A stretch of 55,774 bases of DNA from Parcubacteria group bacterium RIFCSPLOWO2_01_FULL_48_18 (GCA_001824435.1 MHXH01000026.1:1-55774), one strand, 5' to 3'. Positions 29,861 through 38,795 are shown, numbered from the stretch's first letter. A program made the numbers and translations. Notes: a model not told the origin generated them from the sequence alone.

Positions 29861-29889
29861 TTGACGCGGCGGCATTGATCATATACAAT
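29861..29889 (+). promoter_or_regulatory. Promoter TTGACG-17-TACAAT
   Basis: Near-consensus; followed by a GC-rich leader hairpin at ~29907-29933. Confidence 0.6.
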
Positions 29890-29966
29890 ATCGGTGCAGT
29901 AAATTGCGACCCGGGGTTTTTACCTCGGGGTCGGCTTGCTTACAGAACCTTAACAACGGGGGACAA

Positions 29967-31106
29967 ATGAGAGAAAAGGGCGATTGGTCACGGGCGACAT
30001 ACCGAGACACCGAGACAAAGACCAAGAAATTCGGTAGCGCGACGTTTGTCGGCGAAGAACGGGCACGTCAAGGCAAGGGCCTTGATTCCTTGATCGACCC
30101 TTCACAGCGCGGAGTCATCCGCGAATCGAATAATCTGCTCGTGCCCGACGGAGATGAATTCATTCTCAAGTTCGGCGTTGCGATGCCGGTCGAGACTGAT
30201 TTCGATACGACCGGGTCGATGGGTGGCAATGTTGACGTCGCTTTTGCGGTTCTGCCGAAAGTGCAGGGTCTTTTAGTTCAAGGGGCGAACGCTGTCCTAC
30301 GCCGGTATCACACCCAGATCGCCACCGGCGTTATCCAGGACCGCCTGGATCGATTCCCCTACCAACGATCGCAGTTCGAACCCGACAATGAAGTTGAGCG
30401 TCAAATGGGATTACTGGTCCCCGAACGCAGTGGTGGGGACAGTACCGAAGATTACCAGCTGGGACTATTCGCGGCTGCCCACCTCACCAGCACGAGCATT
30501 ACGCGGTACGGCCTGCGAGGCTATTACTTCGTTGTGGGAGATGAAATCGGGCGCGACTCGCTCGACCCCAAGCTCCTCACTAAAGTTTTCGGTCCCGAGG
30601 TCATCGAAAAGGCCTTTGGTTCAAAACCTCCGAAGTCCCTGCCTTCTACCCGCGAGGTCGCGAAGAAGGTACTCGAAAACTGGCATGGCTTTTTCCTGCA
30701 AGTAGGCACAAACCGCTACACGAAGGACTGGTGGACAGAAATCTTCGGGAGCGAGCGGGTGATTCAACTGCCGACAACCCAGGATCTCGCCGAGATCCAA
30801 GCATGCGTCATCGGCCTTACCGAAGGCGTACTCGACCTCAGGAACGCCATGGATTTCCTCAAAGACATGGAAGTCAGTCCGGCGAAAACCCAGAAGATCG
30901 TTGATGCGATTTCCCAAATTCCGGTTGGCTTGCAGACGACGCTTCCAAGCTTCAACCGGATCCCGGCTGCAGGCGCACGATTCGCAAGCCGCGAAGACAT
31001 CTGGCCGATCGGCACGAAGAAGGACATGGCTGCCAAAACCGAAAAAACCGGCAAGCCTGGCAAAACTGCCAAGCCCGGCAAGAAAAAGGGCGATTTCAAG
31101 TTCTAA
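29967..31106 (+). CDS. vWA (MIDAS) domain protein 2
   Basis: GGGGGA RBS, ATG 29967; DTTGSMG, SGGD..EDY, YYFVVGDE; tail ending KKKGDFKF. Confidence 0.82.
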   Translation: MREKGDWSRATYRDTETKTKKFGSATFVGEERARQGKGLDSLIDPSQRGVIRESNNLLVPDGDEFILKFGVAMPVETDFDTTGSMGGNVDVAFAVLPKVQGLLVQGANAVLRRYHTQIATGVIQDRLDRFPYQRSQFEPDNEVERQMGLLVPERSGGDSTEDYQLGLFAAAHLTSTSITRYGLRGYYFVVGDEIGRDSLDPKLLTKVFGPEVIEKAFGSKPPKSLPSTREVAKKVLENWHGFFLQVGTNRYTKDWWTEIFGSERVIQLPTTQDLAEIQACVIGLTEGVLDLRNAMDFLKDMEVSPAKTQKIVDAISQIPVGLQTTLPSFNRIPAAGARFASREDIWPIGTKKDMAAKTEKTGKPGKTAKPGKKKGDFKF

Positions 31107-31129
31107 ATTCTGACCTGTTCAAAAAACCA

Positions 31130-31157
31130 GGGCGGCCCCACTCGGTCGCCCGTTTTT
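31130..31157 (+). terminator. Terminator-like hairpin between vWA gene 2 and the PurA-like gene
   Basis: GGGCGGCC-CCACTC-GGTCGCCC followed by GTTTTT. Confidence 0.6.
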
Positions 31158-31176
31158 AAAAAGAAAGGAGGCGCGC

Positions 31177-32586
31177 ATGGCAAAGAAGGTTTTCGTGGTA
31201 ACAGGACTCGGCTACGGCGATGAAGGAAAGGGCACGATCACGCACTGGCTGTGCCATGCGCACAGGGCTCACACGGTGGTACGGACGGGCGGACCGCAAG
31301 CGCTCCACCGCGTCGTCACCGCCGCGGGCAAAGAACATGTGTTTTCACAATTCGGTAGCGGCACGCTCTGCGGATCGGCCACTCACCTATCAAAGCACAT
31401 GGTGATCGATCCATATGCGATCCTGAAAGAGGGCGAAGCGCTCATGTACGAGCATGGGGTCCGCGGCCTCTTCGACATGCTCACGATCCACGAGGACGCC
31501 TTAGTTATCACGCCGTTTCAAGCAATCGTCGGTAGACTACGCGAACTTCTGCGTGGCGCCAAGCGGCACGGATCGGTTGGCATCGGGGTAGGAGAAACGG
31601 TGCTTGATGACGATGTGTTTGGCGATACCGCAGTCCGCGCAAAAGACCTTAACGCACCTTCCCTGCGGACCAAACTTGAAGCTATTCGGCTCCGCAAGTT
31701 GACAGAATTCGAGGAAATTCGCGACCGCGCCCATGTCCTTCCGCCGGAGACGAGAGATCGCATCCAATTGGAACTCCGCGATCTTGAAGATCCGGATACG
31801 ATCCAATGGGCAGTCGAGCAATTCACGAAGCTCGCATGCAAAACCAGAGTCGTCGGCACGGAGTATGTTGCAAAAAATATTCTGGAGAGCGACGGCACCG
31901 TGGTGTTTGAGAGTTCCCAGGGAGTGCTCCTTGATCGCTGGTACGGATTTCATCCATACACCACAAAGGTCAGAACCATCCCAGGAACGGCACTTTCGAT
32001 CATCCGGGAATGCGCGTATGGCGGCGAGATCAACGCCTATGGCATCCTGCGCGCGTACCACACGCGGCACGGCGCAGGTCCATTCGTAACAGAGTCATCA
32101 GAAATAACAGCGCTTCTGCCCGACGCCTCAAATCGGGACCATGCGTGGCAAGGCAATTTCCGAGTCGGCCAGTTCGATCTCGTAGCCGCCAGATATGCTG
32201 TCGACGCATGCGGTTCGCATTCCCTTGATGGCATCATACTTACATGCATGGACCGGATCCGCCCTTCGGCCACGGTTCGCTTCGCCGAAAGATACGAATC
32301 CGTGCCGGTAGAGCACACGCAGGACTTTTTCCGCAGATCAACCGACACATCGATCGAGCGGATCATTGTCCGCCATGGACAAGGCCCTGCACAGCTACAG
32401 CGGCAAGAAAAACTAGGAAAGGCTTTGGAAACATGCTCGCCACGTCTTACGCAATGCACAAAAAATATCTTTCCCGAGATGCTCGCGGACGCGCTCAACG
32501 TACCGATCGTGGCCATTTCTACGGGCCAGACCGAAGATAATAAATCGGTAGTTACCCAAATAGAAAAACGGGCGGTTTCATTATGA
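31177..32586 (+). CDS. Adenylosuccinate-synthetase-like protein (divergent PurA family)
   Basis: GLGYGDEGKG, GGPQALH, HGSVGIGVG, FESSQGVLLD...GFHPYTT, YHTRHGAGPFVTE, FRVGQFD; AGGAGG RBS. Confidence 0.9.
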   Translation: MAKKVFVVTGLGYGDEGKGTITHWLCHAHRAHTVVRTGGPQALHRVVTAAGKEHVFSQFGSGTLCGSATHLSKHMVIDPYAILKEGEALMYEHGVRGLFDMLTIHEDALVITPFQAIVGRLRELLRGAKRHGSVGIGVGETVLDDDVFGDTAVRAKDLNAPSLRTKLEAIRLRKLTEFEEIRDRAHVLPPETRDRIQLELRDLEDPDTIQWAVEQFTKLACKTRVVGTEYVAKNILESDGTVVFESSQGVLLDRWYGFHPYTTKVRTIPGTALSIIRECAYGGEINAYGILRAYHTRHGAGPFVTESSEITALLPDASNRDHAWQGNFRVGQFDLVAARYAVDACGSHSLDGIILTCMDRIRPSATVRFAERYESVPVEHTQDFFRRSTDTSIERIIVRHGQGPAQLQRQEKLGKALETCSPRLTQCTKNIFPEMLADALNVPIVAISTGQTEDNKSVVTQIEKRAVSL

Positions 32587-32608
32587 AACTGCCCTGTTTA
32601 TTTTTCTT
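32570..32608 (+). terminator. Terminator overlapping the stop codon of the PurA-like gene
   Basis: GGGCGGTTTCA-TTA-TGAAACTGCCC followed by a T-rich tract. Confidence 0.7.
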
Positions 32609-32649
32609 ATTTTCCGATCACTCCATCCGCTCAGCGGTCTTTCCGGCCA

Positions 32650-34599
32650 TTAATCACTCTTGCTTACAATCTGGGGAAGAAACACGCGGCTTACAAACAA
32701 TGTAGTCGCCAACCGTCTGTATCCAGAATCCCAAAAAACGCTCTGCGGATCAATGCCGTGCGCGTTCGGTGCCTTGATGCCGCCCTGCTCCGGGTACAAA
32801 CGTCGGTAGCCCTTGTGCATCAAACGGTACTGCAAAACCTCGCGCTCAATCCCCTTCAACCATTCTGTTCTCGCGTCATGCGATTCAAACTTCTTGCCAT
32901 TCGAGTAAAGAAATCCGGGCAAGAGATTTGCATAGAGCTCTTTGATCGCCTCTTGCGACCCGAACCAAACACCGCCGAGTAACACATGTGCCCATGTACT
33001 GTCGGCGAGCGAGACGTCCATATCCGCAAGGTCGCGAACGACGAGCTTGTCGCCCTTCGCGCCTTCGGCAGCAAGCCAGAACTCGACGATGCTTCCGCGG
33101 ATCTTGTTATCCGGAAACACACGGGAGAGGGCTTGTCGTATACGGGGACGGTCCGCGAAAAGAACATCCGCCTTCACAAAAACTGCGATATCGACATCCG
33201 CGTTGCGCTTGGCATACCCCTTAAGTCGTGATCCGAAAAAAATGACAATCGGATAAAGGAGCCGCGAGAGCTCATCGTCCATTCGCACGGCCTCTATGAC
33301 AGGCGCAAGTTTTTCGAGCTCGGCCGCAATCAACCGATTGCCATTTAAATGTAGCTTGTCCAGGCACGGGACTTCGATCCCGAACCACTCCAAGAATGAG
33401 CTTTGAAGAATTCCCTGATTCACCCAACGAATAAGGACGCTGGTTATGGCGTCTCTCTCACCGGGCACGCCTTTCACCCATGCATCTCGCAAATCGGCTT
33501 GAAAGCTGCCCGCCATCTCGACCGCCCTCGAAGAACCGGCTGTAACCAGTAACTCCACAGCTCTTCCAAGACCGCGAATGATCGCTAAACGGAGAACCTT
33601 CCCATCGGCAGACGCGAGAAGGGCCCGAATATCACTAACTCTCTCCGGGTTTCCGGCAAGCAGCATTGCCATTCGATCGGCGTATCTGCTCGCAAGCTTA
33701 TCTTCTCTATCGAGCCGTTCCCATGCTACCCTGGGCCGAGGCAGGTCACGGGACTCATCGAGGGTCACGCGCATCTCTATTTTTTTCATTTCGAATTCCG
33801 CATCGGCTGCAAGACCGGCAAGCCATGCGCGATCCGTCTTCGTCTGCGCGCAAATGCTTGCATTCCTCTTTTCCGCATACGGATAGAAGCCGTGCGCACG
33901 GGTGATACGATCGCACTCACCGTAATCAAGATACGACATGCCCGCAAGAACAGGCAGGACATCGACTACGCCCCGCCTCAAGGCTTCAGAAGGATTCGTG
34001 TCCAAAAGAGCAACCGCATCCGCCGTAGCAAGAAGTTCTTTTTCGACAAGATATGGAATCAGGTGGGCAGCCTTGCACACAACGGGCTGGCCGCTTGGGC
34101 TCAATTCCGTTTCCAATATATCCCCATCTACAAAATTGGCCCGTACATCTTTTTCAACAAGCAGCTCGCGCCAGCATTTCATATACGAGGCGCGGAAATG
34201 CTCGGCGGCACCGGCAACCCGAGAGGAACGGGACTGCCAATTTTTCCTCGGCACAAGCTCGAATGGAAAGTAAAGGACAAGTCTTCGGTTATACGAGTCA
34301 CTGTCCAAAAAGTCTGCCAGCATCGCATACAGCTCTGCGGCGAACTCCGGATCAACGTTTCCCGAATCTATTGCTTCAGTCAATTCCGCGGTCACAAGCG
34401 GCAGCTGCTTGAAAAGCGCATCAAGCTTAGCGAACAAATCCAGGCGCTGGCGGGCATCAACCCGTATGAACGGGTTTTCCCGTATTTCAACCGGCCAGAA
34501 AGAGCTCTCGCGCGCTATATGAAGAAGAGATTCTATGGCTGGCGGAACATCAATAACTTCAAACAACTGCGCCGCTCCGCTTTCGTTCGAATCAGTCAT
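32650..34599 (-). CDS. Large protein with a C-terminal Pol-beta-type nucleotidyltransferase motif
   Basis: FFGSRLKGYAKRNADVDIAVFV (GS...DxD); AAGGAGGAG RBS; 649 aa. Confidence 0.75.
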   Translation of the reverse strand: MTDSNESGAAQLFEVIDVPPAIESLLHIARESSFWPVEIRENPFIRVDARQRLDLFAKLDALFKQLPLVTAELTEAIDSGNVDPEFAAELYAMLADFLDSDSYNRRLVLYFPFELVPRKNWQSRSSRVAGAAEHFRASYMKCWRELLVEKDVRANFVDGDILETELSPSGQPVVCKAAHLIPYLVEKELLATADAVALLDTNPSEALRRGVVDVLPVLAGMSYLDYGECDRITRAHGFYPYAEKRNASICAQTKTDRAWLAGLAADAEFEMKKIEMRVTLDESRDLPRPRVAWERLDREDKLASRYADRMAMLLAGNPERVSDIRALLASADGKVLRLAIIRGLGRAVELLVTAGSSRAVEMAGSFQADLRDAWVKGVPGERDAITSVLIRWVNQGILQSSFLEWFGIEVPCLDKLHLNGNRLIAAELEKLAPVIEAVRMDDELSRLLYPIVIFFGSRLKGYAKRNADVDIAVFVKADVLFADRPRIRQALSRVFPDNKIRGSIVEFWLAAEGAKGDKLVVRDLADMDVSLADSTWAHVLLGGVWFGSQEAIKELYANLLPGFLYSNGKKFESHDARTEWLKGIEREVLQYRLMHKGYRRLYPEQGGIKAPNAHGIDPQSVFWDSGYRRLATTLFVSRVFLPQIVSKSD

Positions 34600-34757
34600 A
34601 TCTCCTCCTTTCGGTCGCGATATCCAATTTTAATTGTTAAAGAAACAATACTATTATACGCTCGGCTTTGGCTATTTGTAAAGGAAAGAAGCCCAATGGT
34701 TCAACTACGTAACTCGTAGGCTTATTAAAACCGAGTGGGAAGTCAAACCGTACGAAA

Positions 34758-35360
34758 CTACTCCACCGCCCAAATCGTCCCTACGCTGAAAAATCTGTCG
34801 CAGTCATAGTTGTACACGCCGGTGCCGGATGCAAAGCTAATCGTTACAGTGGTAGAACCAAGAGGAGGAATGGACGACAACGGATCTTCGGTAAGAAGCG
34901 TATGCCCGATTTCGTCTGTGTTGATAATCGTAATGTGTTGGCCGATTTTAGCCCGCACAACAGCCGGTTCGGGAATGCAGTTGGTAATCACAATCGTGTC
35001 GGTTGCCACTGCCATTTCTTTTACTATTTTTAGGTACTCATCGATTTGCTCCGGCGTCGGATCCTTCGGCAGCTGCGGATTCTTGCTTTCGGGAAAAACA
35101 ACATTTTCCTCTTTAAGAGTACTCTGCTTGAATTTCTCTAAGAGCGCTTTTTTCTGCTCTTCCGTAAGATACTGGTCCGTCTGTTCGGGCAAAAGAACCG
35201 ACGCCGACGACGCCGTACCGCTATCGATTTTCACTCCGACGCGAGGAGTAATTTCACTCAGCGCGCTATAGTAAGATTTATACTTGACAGCAGTAATCAG
35301 TGCGCCACCCAGTCCCGCCGTAATGACAATGATGGCAAGCCAAAGCCCGATTCGTTTCAT
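34758..35360 (-). CDS. Membrane-anchored protein with a cupredoxin-like C-terminal domain
   Basis: N-terminal TM; NTDEIGHT...GVYNYDC...GTIWAVE pattern, with an incomplete copper-ligand set. Confidence 0.6.
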   Translation of the reverse strand: MKRIGLWLAIIVITAGLGGALITAVKYKSYYSALSEITPRVGVKIDSGTASSASVLLPEQTDQYLTEEQKKALLEKFKQSTLKEENVVFPESKNPQLPKDPTPEQIDEYLKIVKEMAVATDTIVITNCIPEPAVVRAKIGQHITIINTDEIGHTLLTEDPLSSIPPLGSTTVTISFASGTGVYNYDCDRFFSVGTIWAVE

Positions 35361-35501
35361 AATTGCGATTATATTTTATGGGACGAAACGTAATGCGTGT
35401 TTCTTAACTTCGCTCAAGGCGAAACGCTATTAACGTTTTTGCCACTGCAACGCTATGGTGCGGGGTGAACCTTAGGGGCTTAAAATAAAAAGCTACCAAG
35501 G

Positions 35502-36215
35502 CTAGTTTTGGTAGTGGAACTCTTTTCTTATACCAAGTGCATAGTCGATCATGGCCGAATACAACGCACCATAACCAAGATAAATGGTAAAATATGCCCA
35601 AAAAGGAACCAGTGGGGCCATAACCAGGAATATTGGCATTTTCATTGCTAGTGAAAATAAGTAAACGAGTATTCCTCCAAATGCCAGAAGATGACTATAC
35701 CTTCCAAGTCTTCCAAGTATCTTCATATGTTTGAGCTCCGATTCGCTTATTAATTCTCCCTTATTCTTTCTGCCGATTGTGAACATCAACTTGTTAGCCT
35801 CATAAAAATGAATAGCTAATCCTGTCGTGATTATGCAGAAGAGTACGCCGTTAATTATGTTTGATCTTTCTGCAGTACTTGTGACCCAAGCATATACCAA
35901 GTAGATTCCAGACGCCGCTGATGCGACAAGTAAAAAGCGTTCAACAAATTTCAGTACTCTATTTATTCCCCGAACCTTCCCGTTTTCATTCCTAAATCCA
36001 TCAAAGAAATCGTTGTAAGTTTTTTCATACAGCGACTTATCTTTTATCGACTTTACTATATCTCCTCCCAAAAAGAAATATAGATACACAATGCCTACCA
36101 GAGGGGATAAAATAAAGGAAATCCACTTCAAATCAGGAATAAGCATAAGAACAAAACTCGCGATGAAACCAACAGAAGCAACAATGGCGAGGACTATTTT
36201 CAAAGTTCTCTTCAC
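35502..36215 (-). CDS. Hypothetical polytopic membrane protein, AT-rich
   Basis: GTG at 36215 follows GAGGGGG; about 6 hydrophobic segments. Confidence 0.7.
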   Translation of the reverse strand: MKRTLKIVLAIVASVGFIASFVLMLIPDLKWISFILSPLVGIVYLYFFLGGDIVKSIKDKSLYEKTYNDFFDGFRNENGKVRGINRVLKFVERFLLVASAASGIYLVYAWVTSTAERSNIINGVLFCIITTGLAIHFYEANKLMFTIGRKNKGELISESELKHMKILGRLGRYSHLLAFGGILVYLFSLAMKMPIFLVMAPLVPFWAYFTIYLGYGALYSAMIDYALGIRKEFHYQN

Positions 36216-36276
36216 GGACACCCCCTCATAGCATGCATCTACTAAAGGAATAAAAGCATGCTTTCTGTAAAAAATC

Positions 36277-36302
36277 AAGAGCCGCGGGGTTCCGCGGCTT
36301 TT
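36277..36302. terminator. Terminator downstream of rpsI (bidirectional-looking)
   Basis: AGCCGCGG-GGTT-CCGCGGCT with A/T tracts on both sides. Confidence 0.7.
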
Positions 36303-36482
36303 GTGTATATTTCAATTCTGTGAAGATCCGTATCTGCGGTGCTCGTTTATCCTTTCCGTCAATCAAGCACTCGGGTCAAAATTTCCTCGTATTTACTCAT
36401 ACAGACAGCGTTGTCTACGGGGCTCGTTTATCGCTTGGTTTCGCCCACCCATTCACTCAGCTCAGAGTGGTCAAAAAGATAG

Positions 36483-37031
36483 CTATCTTTTTGACCACTG
36501 CGGCGCCTTCCTCGCCTTCTTCAGGCCGTATTTTTTGCGCTCCACCATGCGCGGATCTCGCGTAAGATATCCTTGGCGGCGCAACCGCTTTCGAAATTCT
36601 TTGTTAAACTCGACAAGCGCCCGCGCAATACCCAGCCGCACTGCGCCGGCCTGCGAGGAAACTCCTCCGCCGTTCACCTTAGCTTCCACGGCAAATTTTC
36701 CAACGGCCTTCATTACCTTCAAAGGAGATTCTGCCTCATGAACAAAACGGGGAAGCTTAAAGTAAGTTTTGCATTCAACGCCGTTGACGAGAAATTTCTT
36801 CTCAAGGCCTTTGGTAAATAACCTCACCTGCGCAACGGCCGTTTTTCTCCGGCCGAGGCCGTAATAATATCTACCATCATATACGCTCAAATCGCCGCCG
36901 GCTTTAACCGGAGACGAATCCTGGACAGGCTCAGCTCGCTCCTCTATTTTCGGAGCGATTGTTTTCTTTTTTGGCTCCTTTTTTGCTACAACCCTTCTAG
37001 GAGTTTCTTTTGTTTTTTCTTTTGTAGGCAT
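36483..37031 (-). CDS. rpsI: 30S ribosomal protein S9 with charged N-terminal extension
   Basis: GRRKTAVA, GGG..SQAGA, LTRDPRMVERKKYGLKKARKAPQWSKR. Confidence 0.98.
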   Translation of the reverse strand: MPTKEKTKETPRRVVAKKEPKKKTIAPKIEERAEPVQDSSPVKAGGDLSVYDGRYYYGLGRRKTAVAQVRLFTKGLEKKFLVNGVECKTYFKLPRFVHEAESPLKVMKAVGKFAVEAKVNGGGVSSQAGAVRLGIARALVEFNKEFRKRLRRQGYLTRDPRMVERKKYGLKKARKAPQWSKR

Positions 37032-37034
37032 ACA

Positions 37035-37388
37035 TTACTGCAATCTATGGCTACTAATTGACAGGCGCAAAAGCCTCACGCGGCGCAACCTATTTTTCGG
37101 CAACATATTATAAACGGCGCGGCGCAATACCCCTGCCGGATCTTTCTCAATCGCCTCCTCCAAGCTTTGCTCTTTCAAGTGTCCCATGTAGCCCGTATGT
37201 CGCCGGTATATTTTAGTTCGCAACTTAGTGCCGGTAAATTGCGCCTTGTCCACGTTAATAACCCTCACCTCGCCGACCCCCGGAAAACGCGGATGATAAC
37301 GGGGAGAGTCTTTCCCCTGAAGAATGCGGGCGATTTCCGAAGCCAATCTGCCAATTGATTTATTTGTGGCGTCAATGGTATACCTCAT
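37035..37388 (-). CDS. rplM: 50S ribosomal protein L13
   Basis: IDAT...GRLASEIA, HTGYMG, AVYNMLPKN; start ATG 37388. Confidence 0.96.
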   Translation of the reverse strand: MRYTIDATNKSIGRLASEIARILQGKDSPRYHPRFPGVGEVRVINVDKAQFTGTKLRTKIYRRHTGYMGHLKEQSLEEAIEKDPAGVLRRAVYNMLPKNRLRRVRLLRLSISSHRLQ

Positions 37389-37456
37389 TAGCCTGTAGCT
37401 CGCTTGCCCCGAGCGGTTTCGAGGGATAGCTTGTAACCGCTTAAAAAACCGCAAGC

Positions 37457-37810
37457 TTATTTTACAAATTCAATAACCGCCGCCTCCGCGCTATCCCTCT
37501 TTCTCGTTTTACTTGTTTTGACGACCCTCAAATATCCGCCAGCCCTACCATGATAGCGCGGTCCAATGTCGTAGTACAGCTTTAATGCGGCTCGCCTCGG
37601 CAGCCGCGACAGAAGAAGCCTGAGCGCATGAAGAGTCTGCGGACGCGCCGTCGTCACCAGCTTTTCCATATACGGCCGCAATTCTCTGGCACGAGAAAGC
37701 GTCGTCTGAATCTTTTCGTTTACGATCAAGTTATTCGCCAACCCTTCTAAAAAATGTCGGCGCTGCGAACGCCGGCGGCCAAATTTTCTTCCCTTTTTTA
37801 GATGCCTCAT
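37457..37810 (-). CDS. rplQ: 50S ribosomal protein L17
   Basis: MRHLKKGRKFGR, GGYLRV, RDSAE; start ATG 37810. Confidence 0.96.
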   Translation of the reverse strand: MRHLKKGRKFGRRRSQRRHFLEGLANNLIVNEKIQTTLSRARELRPYMEKLVTTARPQTLHALRLLLSRLPRRAALKLYYDIGPRYHGRAGGYLRVVKTSKTRKRDSAEAAVIEFVK

Positions 37811-38015
37811 GCCAATGTAGCCCAAGAGAGCAAGCAATGAGCGAAGCGAATTGCGTCGCTCGATTGGTTGCTACATTGAGCATTCTGAGCGAAGTCGCGT
37901 TTAACGCGACGGAGTTCGAAGAATTACATTAGGAAACCCTTCGACGAGCTCAGGGTAAAGGTTTGCTGGCTAAATTTTGTTCGTCCTTCGGACTCCAAAA
38001 TTTAGAGCAAGCCCT
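37811..38015. repeat. Composite REP-like spacer element, copy 1
   Basis: Shares ttgagcattctgagcgaag..cgcg..cgaagaattaca..gaaacccttcgac..gagctcag.gtaaaggttt with 40041-40311. Confidence 0.85.
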
Positions 38016-38795
38016 TTACTTTTTCTTTTTTGCGCTCCTCTTCCCTCTAGCGGCTTTCTTTGTCTTTTTTTCTTCTACGGACTCAGCAACCCCCCCAACC
38101 TCTTCTTCCGCTTCGATTCCGACGACAAGATTAAAATGCCCCACCAGGATCTTTGCTGCATTCTGAAGCGCCCGCGAGGGAGAAATGCTTCCATCGGTTT
38201 CTATCAAAATACGCAGTCGATTATAATCGGTTCGATCACCCACGCGCATATTCTCCGATTCGAAACTCACTTTTTTAACCGGGGAGAAAAACGCGTCCAG
38301 GGACAGCGTGCCGATCGGCAATTTCTTCATCTTTCTCGCCTCCACCGGCTCATAGCCCAATCCCCTCTCTACCGTCACCTCCATCTCCAATTCTGCCTTT
38401 TTATCCGTAAGCGTGGCGATGTGTAAATCATTATTAATCACCTCCGCATTCGAGTTTTTGTCAAACAGTTCTGCGGTAACTTTCTGCTCTCCTTTTGCTT
38501 TGAGTACAAGCGTCTGAGACTCTTCGGTGTGCAGCTTGACACGAAGCTTCTTGAGATTGAGAAGGATCTCAACCATATCTTCAACGACGTGCGGAAGCGT
38601 GGAAAATTCGTGATCGACGTTTTTAATCTTCGCCTGAGTGACCGCGGCCCCCGGCAATGAAGAAAGAAGCGCCCTCCGCAGAGCATTGCCCAGCGTGACA
38701 CCATATCCGGCATATAAATTCTCTATTTCAAACACGCCCACGTCCTTTCCTCTCTTAATAAATTTTGGCTTGGTAACTATAGAAATGTCCAGCAT
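38016..38795 (-). CDS. rpoA: RNA polymerase alpha subunit lacking the C-terminal domain
   Basis: GYGVTLGNALRR.LLSSLPGAA, HEFST, DAFFSPV, RVGDRTDY; ends at 259 aa. Confidence 0.97.
   Translation of the reverse strand: MLDISIVTKPKFIKRGKDVGVFEIENLYAGYGVTLGNALRRALLSSLPGAAVTQAKIKNVDHEFSTLPHVVEDMVEILLNLKKLRVKLHTEESQTLVLKAKGEQKVTAELFDKNSNAEVINNDLHIATLTDKKAELEMEVTVERGLGYEPVEARKMKKLPIGTLSLDAFFSPVKKVSFESENMRVGDRTDYNRLRILIETDGSISPSRALQNAAKILVGHFNLVVGIEAEEEVGGVAESVEEKKTKKAARGKRSAKKKK

Noticed and set aside
31177-32586. PurZ / Z-genome pathway
   Set aside because: The catalytic Asp is retained (GDEGKG rather than GSTGKG) and there are no datZ, mazZ, polymerase or phage genes nearby.
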